Below, one piece after another: positions 8,466 to 15,106 of a DNA stretch of 16,697 bases (the stretch's first letter is position 1; every line of letters starts with the position of its first letter). Source of the stretch: Candidatus Fervidifonticultor quintus (GTDB taxonomy: Bacteria > Sysuimicrobiota > Sysuimicrobiia > Sysuimicrobiales > Humicultoraceae); NCBI GenBank assembly GCA_031459535.1, contig JAVKIJ010000073.1, positions 1 through 16,697 on the forward strand, read 5' to 3'. A program made the translations under genes and the position numbers. The notes under the pieces were generated by a model. That model was given only the letters and a program-made list of their open reading frames with translations. It had not been told where the DNA came from and did not search any database.

Positions 8466-8610
8466 GATGGTGGCCTCCCGACCCGGAGGTGCCGAAAGCA
8501 CAACGGGGGGCCGCCCAGCCCCCCTCCGCGCCGCGCCATCCGCTATGGAGTTCGGCACCACATCCGTGCGGTGATTCCAGCGATCCTCAGACGGGATAGC
8601 AACTCGCCTC
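8466..8610 (-). promoter_or_regulatory. Candidate structured 5' leader (cis-regulatory RNA)
   Basis: Several overlapping helices between the promoter and the GTG, including an anti-SD CCTCC next to the GGAGG SD; details in findings. Confidence 0.35.
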
Positions 8611-8616
8611 CTCTAG

Positions 8617-8646
8617 ATTATAGATGCCCTCAGGAGGCGTGCTCAA
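8617..8646 (-). promoter_or_regulatory. Sigma70/SigA-type promoter for the AAA-R3H/tmk/darA/holB genes
   Basis: Minus strand TTGAGC (8646-8641), 18-nt spacer, TATAAT (8622-8617). A perfect -10 is conspicuous in such GC-rich DNA. Confidence 0.7.
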
Positions 8647-9616
8647 GCAGCCTCCAGAGCTCATCCCGGTCTGGGGGAACGAGCGCGGCGACCCGGCCAT
8701 TCCTGACCACGGTGCGCTCCGACGGTAGCAGGACGCCGATCACCGTGGCAGGGATGCCGGCGCGGACCAGGGCGTCTTGCAGGGGCGCGGGATCGCGTAC
8801 GGCGATCAGCATGGCGCCGCTGCCGATCAGCGCCAGGGGGTCGGCGCCCAGCGCCTGGCAGATCGCCTCTGTCTCGGGCGCTACAGGCACGGCGTCGGCT
8901 TCCAGACGGACTCCACAGGCCGAGGCCTCGGCCAGCTCCCACACGCCGGCCAGCACGCCGCCCTCGGTGACGTCGTGCATGGCCGTGGCGCCACACCGGG
9001 CGGCAATGCGTCCTTCGGGCACGACGCTGATGCGGTCGATGAAGGCCCGGGCGCGGGTGAGGGTGGCCTCGTCCATCCGGGCGACCAGCCGGTCGGCCAG
9101 GTCGGCGGCCAGGATGGCAGTCCCCTCCACACCCGCGCTCTTGGTCAGCACCAGTGCATCGCCGGGCCGGCCGCCAGCCGCCGACACGAAGCCGCCCTGC
9201 GGCGCCCGGCCAATAGCCGAGACGACGACGATGGTCCGATCAATGCCCGGCGTAACCTCTGTGTGCCCCCCGACGATCTCCACGCCCAGAGAGCGCGCCG
9301 CGGGGCCGGCCTCGCCCATGAAACGCTCGAGGTCGTCTTCGGCCGTGGCTTCGGCCAGCAGCAGGGTCACCAGCAGCCCCACGGGTTCAGCGCCGGTGGC
9401 GGCCAGGTCGTTGCAGGCCACGTGAACGGCGAGCCGACCCACGTGCTCACCCGCGCCCGTAATCGGATCGCAGGTCACGACGCAAACCGAGGGCCCAAAG
9501 TCCAGCACCGCAGAGTCCTGCCCCACGCCGGCGTGCACGAGCACGTCGGGACGACGGCCCAGGTGCGGGAACACGTACCGGGACAGGGCGGCCGGGCCAA
9601 GCTTTCCTGACCTCAT
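8630..9616 (-). CDS. AIR synthase-related protein (PurM/HypE/ThiL/SelD superfamily), function unknown
   Basis: GVGQDSAV; VTCDPIT; ACNDLAATGAEP; IVGGHTE; PGDALVLTK; AMHDVTEGG. Lacks the HypE C-terminal PRIC motif. ATG 9616 is preceded by GAGGT; the track start is TTG 9643. Confidence 0.85.
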   Translation of the reverse strand: MRSGKLGPAALSRYVFPHLGRRPDVLVHAGVGQDSAVLDFGPSVCVVTCDPITGAGEHVGRLAVHVACNDLAATGAEPVGLLVTLLLAEATAEDDLERFMGEAGPAARSLGVEIVGGHTEVTPGIDRTIVVVSAIGRAPQGGFVSAAGGRPGDALVLTKSAGVEGTAILAADLADRLVARMDEATLTRARAFIDRISVVPEGRIAARCGATAMHDVTEGGVLAGVWELAEASACGVRLEADAVPVAPETEAICQALGADPLALIGSGAMLIAVRDPAPLQDALVRAGIPATVIGVLLPSERTVVRNGRVAALVPPDRDELWRLLEHAS

Positions 9617-9662
9617 AGTGACCTCGATGGGCTTCGCCGGCAACGCTGCACGCCGTGGGTGG

Positions 9663-10913
9663 TCAGAAGAGGGTCGTCTGCGCCGGCTGTTCGGTCACCG
9701 GCTCGAGGATCTCCTCGCCGCCCTTGAAGATGCTGATCTCGCCGAAGACGCCGTCGTAGCCGGGCGCGATGCTGACCCGACCCTCGCGGACGCGCCGCAG
9801 TCCCTCCGCGATCCGAGCGGTGCTGAGCCTGTAGACTTCCTCCACCGGCGCATCCAGCAACACGTTGAACTCGCCGCCAAACGCCCTGCACAACTTGAAG
9901 TACTCCTCCCTCACGCCGGCGGTGCCGGGCCTGGAGCCGTTGGCCTCGGCGATGATCTCCTCCAGCGGGATCAGGTTGCGGTAGGGAATCGCGCCCTCGG
10001 GCACGTAGCCCTCGTCCCGGTCGGCCAGGTCCTCCACCCGGTGCAACACGCCCACCGTCGGGGGCCGGCCACATACCGGACAGCGGCCGCCATTGGCCTT
10101 GGTCTGGCGAGGCGTCATGCGGCAGTTGCAGTTCCGGTGCCCGTCGTAGTGATACTTGCCCTCTTCCGGAAAGAACTCAATCGTGTAGAGGAAGCGGGCG
10201 GTGTCCTTCTCGCGCAGGACGCGCAGGATCTCGAAGTAGTCCAGCTCGCAGGCGAAGACGTTGGCTTCCCGACCCAGCTTGGCCGGGGAATGCGCGTCGG
10301 AATTGCTGACCAGCACCACCCGGTCGAGCTCCGAGAGCCGCCAGTTCATGGGCGGGTCACTGGAGAGACCGGTCTCGACCGCCGCGATGTGCCGCAGCTG
10401 ATCGCCGAAGCACTCGGCCATGGAGTCGAAACCCGACATGCTCCCGTACAGGGAGAACCACGGCGTCCACGCGTGGGCGGGCACCAGCATGCAGTCCGGG
10501 GAGATCTCCATGAGGTACTCCACCATCCGATCGGTGGGCAGCGTCAGCGTGGGCCTGCCGTCGGCCATCAGGTTGCCGAACCGGCCCAGCACCGCGTTGA
10601 TCCTGTCCACCACGTCAAACGACGGGGCGAAGATGATGTTGTGGATCTTGCGCAGCCGGCCCCCGGCGGTGTAGATGTTCGAGACCTCCACGGTGAGCAT
10701 GAAGTGGGCGCCGTCGTAGGTGAACAGGCCGCGGTCGGTGGGTTTCAGCTTGGCGCGCAGCTCGCGCAGCCAGACCGGATGGGTGAAGTCGCCGGTGCCG
10801 AGCAGGGTGAGGCCCTTGATCTTCGCCCAGCGGGCCATGTTCTCCACGTCCATATCCCGGCTGGTCGCCCGGCTGTAGCGGGAGTGCAGGTGCAGGTCGG
10901 CGATGATCCGCAT
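9663..10913 (-). CDS. Endonuclease Q family protein (PHP domain plus zinc ribbon)
   Basis: ADLHLHSRYSRATS; GTGDFTHP; PAHAWTPW; ETGLSSD; SNSDAHS; LGREAN; GKYHYDGHRNC; CPVCG; GVLHRVEDLAD; PGYDGVFG. Standalone, not fused to UvrD. ATG 10913 lies 4 nt after the upstream stop. Confidence 0.88.
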   Translation of the reverse strand: MRIIADLHLHSRYSRATSRDMDVENMARWAKIKGLTLLGTGDFTHPVWLRELRAKLKPTDRGLFTYDGAHFMLTVEVSNIYTAGGRLRKIHNIIFAPSFDVVDRINAVLGRFGNLMADGRPTLTLPTDRMVEYLMEISPDCMLVPAHAWTPWFSLYGSMSGFDSMAECFGDQLRHIAAVETGLSSDPPMNWRLSELDRVVLVSNSDAHSPAKLGREANVFACELDYFEILRVLREKDTARFLYTIEFFPEEGKYHYDGHRNCNCRMTPRQTKANGGRCPVCGRPPTVGVLHRVEDLADRDEGYVPEGAIPYRNLIPLEEIIAEANGSRPGTAGVREEYFKLCRAFGGEFNVLLDAPVEEVYRLSTARIAEGLRRVREGRVSIAPGYDGVFGEISIFKGGEEILEPVTEQPAQTTLF

Positions 10914-10917
10914 CGGG

Positions 10918-12264
10918 TCAGGAACCGCCACCCACCTGGACGGAGGTCTCGCGGCTCTTCCCAGGTTTCTTCCCGGCGTCGGTGCGCTCCTTCGACCGGG
11001 CCATCCCGCCGCCGTCGCCGATCAGCGCCAACAGACCTGCCCCCATGGCGGCTGCCAGCGTGGGCGCCAGGGCGCGATCCCGCAGCCCGGCCCGGACCGC
11101 CGCGGACAGGACCGGCCGGAACAACCGGGACTGATACTGCGTGTCCCCGTGCTCCTCCACCGTCCGGCGCAGGCCGTCATCGGTAGCCAGCGCCCGGATC
11201 ACGACGTTGATGTGCTGGTCCGAGAGCCGGTTGAGTGCCTGGCGAACGACCGTGGTGAACCGCACTTCGCGCCCGAATACCGCGGCCCACTCGGTCTCAT
11301 AGGCAGCCAGGGCCTGACACGCCTTCCCTCCGCCGGCCAGCCAGCGCCCCGCTGTGCGGCCGGCGATCTCGCCGGCGAGCATCGAGAAGTAAATGCCGCC
11401 GCCGCTGGTCGCCTTCACGTGGCCGGCGGCGTCCCCCACGATGAGCATCCCCTCGGTCCAGGTGGGCCGCCTCGGCCCCAGGATGGGGATCCGCCCCGCG
11501 AGCCTGCGCACCACACGGGCCCGCCTCATCCGAGGGGCCACCGCCGGATGCGTGGTCCTGAGCCGCTCCAGGAAGAAGATCGGCGGCTGGTCCGTGGTAC
11601 GGGGATCCACGGCCAGGCCGAGGCGGCCCCTCCTGCCGCCTAGCGGCATCAGCCAGGCGAAGAACCCGGGCGCGACCTCGTGGCCGAAGTAGAGTTCCGG
11701 CGTGTCCTCGGCTTCGATGGCAGCCTCCTCGACCTCGTACTGCAGACCGTGGACCAGCGCCCGTCGGGGGCTAATGCCCAGCTGCGGTGGCAGGAGGGGA
11801 TTGGCGCCCTCGGCATCTATCACGAGGGCCGCCTCAAACACCATCCGTGACCCGCGCCGGTCTACCTCGACCCGCATGCGGCCGCGCTCCCGCGCCACGG
11901 CCCGGGCCCGGGCGCCGGTGACGAGCTGCGCGCCGGCCTCGGCGGCGCGGGTGGCCAGGTAGCGATCGAAGGGGTCACGGTCTACGACATAGGAGTCGGC
12001 CGTTGGCCGTCGCACGCGCACCACGGTGCCGTCCGGCGCGTACAGCGCCGCGGCCCGCAGTTCGGTCTGGATCAGGGCACGGGGCAGGCCGAACCGCCGG
12101 AAGGCGTGCACCGACAGCTTGCCGGTGCAGTGCGTGGGGCAGCCGACCGCTGGATGCTCTTCGAGCAGGACGGTGCGCAGGCCCAGCCGCGCCGCGGTCA
12201 GCGCCGCGGTCGAGCCGGCCGGTCCCGCGCCGACCACCAGGACGTCACAGGTCACGGCGGGCAT
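10918..12264 (-). CDS. Geranylgeranyl reductase family FAD-dependent oxidoreductase
   Basis: 448 aa. DVLVVGAGPAGS Rossmann motif; CTGKLS; VVDRDPFDRYLA; IDAEG; PGFFAWLMP (variant of PxxYxWxFP); GDAAGHVKATSGGGI. Confidence 0.85.
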   Translation of the reverse strand: MPAVTCDVLVVGAGPAGSTAALTAARLGLRTVLLEEHPAVGCPTHCTGKLSVHAFRRFGLPRALIQTELRAAALYAPDGTVVRVRRPTADSYVVDRDPFDRYLATRAAEAGAQLVTGARARAVARERGRMRVEVDRRGSRMVFEAALVIDAEGANPLLPPQLGISPRRALVHGLQYEVEEAAIEAEDTPELYFGHEVAPGFFAWLMPLGGRRGRLGLAVDPRTTDQPPIFFLERLRTTHPAVAPRMRRARVVRRLAGRIPILGPRRPTWTEGMLIVGDAAGHVKATSGGGIYFSMLAGEIAGRTAGRWLAGGGKACQALAAYETEWAAVFGREVRFTTVVRQALNRLSDQHINVVIRALATDDGLRRTVEEHGDTQYQSRLFRPVLSAAVRAGLRDRALAPTLAAAMGAGLLALIGDGGGMARSKERTDAGKKPGKSRETSVQVGGGS

Positions 12265-12355
12265 TCCGGGAATCCTGGCGCCGCTGGAGGAGTCCGTGGT
12301 ACGCTTCTAGCACGGTACGCAGGCACACCGCCTAGCATATCATGAAGGGACCTGC

Positions 12356-12829
12356 GTGATGCGGCCAGGGACCGTGGCAGCTCTAGTCCTGGTGCTGGTG
12401 GCCGGCGGCATGCCGGTCCAGTCGGCGGCACTATACGAGCGAGGCACGCTGCACATCTACCAGGGGGCCCGCCGGATCGCCACCCTCGACGTCGAGATCG
12501 CCAGGAGCGCGGAGGCGCGGGCCCGGGGGCTCATGCACCGCACGGCCCTGCCCGAGAATGCAGGGATGCTCTTCATCTTCGAGGCCGACGGGCGGTGGGG
12601 GTTCTGGATGAAGAACACGTTGATCCCTCTGTCTGTCGGGTTCATCGACCGCACGTGGCGCCTGCTGGAGGTCCTCGACATGCACGTCGCGCCCGATCCG
12701 GCCAACGGGCCCTTCGAGATCTACGAGCCCAGGCAGGCGTATCGCTACGCCCTCGAAGTGAATCAGGGGCTCTTCGCGCGCCGGGGTATCGCCCCGGGCG
12801 CTCGCCTCCAGCTGGTCCCCGCCAGGTGA
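12356..12829 (+). CDS. DUF192 domain protein with signal peptide
   Basis: VEIARSAEARARGLMHR; GMLFIF; FWMKNTLIPLSVGFID; YALEVNQG; hydrophobic N-terminus ending VQSA. Start is GTG 12356 or ATG 12359. Confidence 0.88.
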   Translation: MMRPGTVAALVLVLVAGGMPVQSAALYERGTLHIYQGARRIATLDVEIARSAEARARGLMHRTALPENAGMLFIFEADGRWGFWMKNTLIPLSVGFIDRTWRLLEVLDMHVAPDPANGPFEIYEPRQAYRYALEVNQGLFARRGIAPGARLQLVPAR

Positions 12830-12832
12830 TCC

Positions 12833-14497
12833 ATGGGCATGGTGCCCTCGGCCCAAGACCGTCTGGAGCGCAAGGAGGCCGAGGTCGCCGCGCTGCGCGA
12901 CATCAGCCAGGCCATCAGCGCCGCCCTGGATCTGGACACCACCCTCCAGCTCATCACGCGCAAGACCGCCGAGGTCATGCGCATGGACTCCTGCTCGATC
13001 TACCTGCTGGACCCGGCCGGCGAGTACCTGATCCTGCGTGCCACCACAGGCCTGGCGCCGGAGGCCATCGGCCGCGCGCGGCTGCGGTTCGGCGAGGGTC
13101 TCACCGGCTATGCGGCGCGCTCGGGCGAGCCCGTCTACAGCAGTGACGCGGCCAGCGACCCCCGGTTCGTGTACGTCCCGGGGACCCGCGAGTACGCGTT
13201 CCGGTCGCTGCTGGCGGTGCCGCTGCGGGTCGCCGGCAAGGCCCTGGGCGCCATGAACGTCCAGACCACGGCGATCCACGAGTACGGGCCCGACGAGGTA
13301 GAGCTGCTCACCATCATCGCCGACCTGGCTGCGGGCGCCCTGGAGAAAGCCAGTCTCTATGACAGCATGCGCCGGCAGATCGCCGAGCTCTCCACGCTGG
13401 CCGAGGCCAGCAAGACCATCACCTCACCCCTCTACCTGGAAGAGATGCTCCGGTTGATCGTGGAGATGGCGACCGGGACGCTGAACGCGCGGCTGTGCTC
13501 GCTGATGCTGCTCGACGAGCGCACCGGCGAGCTGGTGCTGACGGCCTCGCACCGGGCCGGCGCCCGCTACCAAGCCAAGCCCGCACTGCGGATCGGTGAA
13601 GGCATCGTGGGGCTGGTGGCGGAGACCGCGCAACCCATCGTGGTGCCCGACGTGCTGGATGACCCGCGGTTCGTGCACAAGAACATCGCCCGGGAGGAAG
13701 GGCTGCGCGGGCTGCTGTGTGTACCGCTGGTGGTCCGCGACCGGGTCATCGGCGTGTTCAACTGCTACAAGGGTGAACCCCATGCCTTCACGAGAGAGGA
13801 GATCTCCCTGTTCTCGACGCTGGCCAACCAGACCGCGCTAGCCATCGAGAACAGCACGCTGATCGTGCGGTCGGCGGTGGTGCGCGAGATGCACCACCGG
13901 GTGAAGAACAACCTGCAGACCATTGCCATGCTGCTCCGGCTGCAGCTCCAGGACGGTCGGGAGGTCTCGGGGCGTGAGGTCCTGCTCGAGACGATCAACC
14001 GCGTCCTGAGCATCGCCGCAGTTCACGAGATCCTGTCGGTCGAGGGTTTCCGGTTGATCAATGTGCGCGATCTCCTCGACCGCGTCACCCACACGGTGGG
14101 CCAGACCCTGGCGCGGCCCCACCTGCGCGTTCAGATCACCCTCGAAGGCGACGAGATGTTCATGCCCTCTCAGCAGGCCACCTCGGTGGCCCTGGCCACC
14201 ACCGAGCTGGTGCAGAACGCCATGGAGCACGCGTTCGCCGACCGCGCCGCAGGCCGCATCGGCGTCCTGCTGGCCCAGACCGACCACGAGTGGATCATCG
14301 AGGTGACCGATGACGGGGTGGGATTCCCCGTGGGCAGCGACCCGCTGGCCTCGGACAACCTGGGCCTCAAGATCGTGCGTGCCCTGGTCGTCGACGATCT
14401 GGGAGGGCGCTTCGAGGTCGGTCGCCGGGAGGAGGGGGGCGCGCGCGCGGTCCTGGCCATCCCGCGGGTGCAGGACACCGGGCCGTCATCCCGGTAG
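12833..14497 (+). CDS. Cytoplasmic GAF-GAF sensor histidine kinase, HisKA_2 type (PdtaS/EutW-like catalytic core)
   Basis: 554 aa. Two GAF repeats (CSIYLLD...GEGLTG...DPRF...SLLAVPL; CSLMLLD...GEGIVG...DPRF...GLLCVPL); H-box EMHHRVKNNLQ; N-box ELVQNAMEHA; G1 DDGVG; G2 NLGLKIV. No transmembrane helix evident. Confidence 0.92.
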   Translation: MGMVPSAQDRLERKEAEVAALRDISQAISAALDLDTTLQLITRKTAEVMRMDSCSIYLLDPAGEYLILRATTGLAPEAIGRARLRFGEGLTGYAARSGEPVYSSDAASDPRFVYVPGTREYAFRSLLAVPLRVAGKALGAMNVQTTAIHEYGPDEVELLTIIADLAAGALEKASLYDSMRRQIAELSTLAEASKTITSPLYLEEMLRLIVEMATGTLNARLCSLMLLDERTGELVLTASHRAGARYQAKPALRIGEGIVGLVAETAQPIVVPDVLDDPRFVHKNIAREEGLRGLLCVPLVVRDRVIGVFNCYKGEPHAFTREEISLFSTLANQTALAIENSTLIVRSAVVREMHHRVKNNLQTIAMLLRLQLQDGREVSGREVLLETINRVLSIAAVHEILSVEGFRLINVRDLLDRVTHTVGQTLARPHLRVQITLEGDEMFMPSQQATSVALATTELVQNAMEHAFADRAAGRIGVLLAQTDHEWIIEVTDDGVGFPVGSDPLASDNLGLKIVRALVVDDLGGRFEVGRREEGGARAVLAIPRVQDTGPSSR

Positions 14498-14503
14498 ACC
14501 CCG

Positions 14504-15067
14504 ATGCCGCTGCGCATCTTGATCGCCGATGACGAGGCCTTGATCCGGATGGGCCTGAGGACCATGCTCACCGACGCCGGCTACCACGTGGTGGGCGAAG
14601 CCGGCGACGGTCGCCGGGCGCTGGATCTGACCCGCAAGCTCGACCCGGACCTGGTGTTCCTCGACATCAAGATGCCGGAGCCCGACGGCCTGGCCGTAGC
14701 CGAGCAGATCATGCAAACCGGCCCCAGGCCCATCGTGCTGCTCACGGCCTACGGCGATCGCGAATTCGTGGACCGTGCCCGGCGCATCGGCGTCATGGCC
14801 TATCTGGTCAAACCCATCAAAGAGGCAGATCTCGCCCCGACCATTGAGCTGGCCGTGCGGCACTACCGGGCCATGGACGCCCTCTCCGAGCGGATCGAGG
14901 CCCTGGAGGAAACCCTCGAGGCGCGCAAGCTCATCGAGCGCGCCAAGGGTGTCCTGATGCAGCGAGAAGGGCTCTCCGAGGCCGAGGCCTTCCGGTGGAT
15001 CCAGAAGGCCAGCCGGGACCAGCGCCGGCCCATGCGGGACGTAGCGCAACAGATTCTGGGGACGTAG
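14504..15067 (+). CDS. REC-ANTAR response regulator (PdtaR/EutV-like RNA-binding regulator)
   Basis: 187 aa. ILIADDE; DLVFLDIKMP (phospho-acceptor Asp); LLTAY; YLVKP; coiled coil; ANTAR motif RKLIERAKGVLM...SEAEAFRWIQKASRDQRRPMRDVAQQIL. Confidence 0.93.
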   Translation: MPLRILIADDEALIRMGLRTMLTDAGYHVVGEAGDGRRALDLTRKLDPDLVFLDIKMPEPDGLAVAEQIMQTGPRPIVLLTAYGDREFVDRARRIGVMAYLVKPIKEADLAPTIELAVRHYRAMDALSERIEALEETLEARKLIERAKGVLMQREGLSEAEAFRWIQKASRDQRRPMRDVAQQILGT

Positions 15068-15106
15068 CACGCGGGGGCAGGAGGTTGCGCAGGCGCGCGC
15101 AGGGGC

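Noticed and set aside
8466..8610. Leader as a known c-di-AMP (ydaO) or SAM-I riboswitch
   Set aside because: There are fragmentary resemblances (GCTGGAATC; ATC...GGTGCC...GAT), but the ydaO GTCAGCTAAC segment and the SAM-I AGAG/GCAACC/kink-turn elements are missing.
8630..9616. Calling the AIR-synthase-like gene hypE, thiL, selD or purM
   Set aside because: No C-terminal PRIC, no N-terminal catalytic Cys/Sec motif of SelD, and no hydrogenase, thiamine or purine genes in context; only superfamily-level assignment is supported.
12298..12320. Direct repeat GGTACGC twice in the divergent intergenic region
   Set aside because: Seven bp and two copies is too little to call an operator, and the adjacent regulator is RNA-binding rather than DNA-binding.
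15036..15068. 10-bp direct repeat GGGACGTAGC at 15036 and 15059
   Set aside because: Only two short copies, essentially inside coding sequence, with no array or mobile element nearby; consistent with chance.
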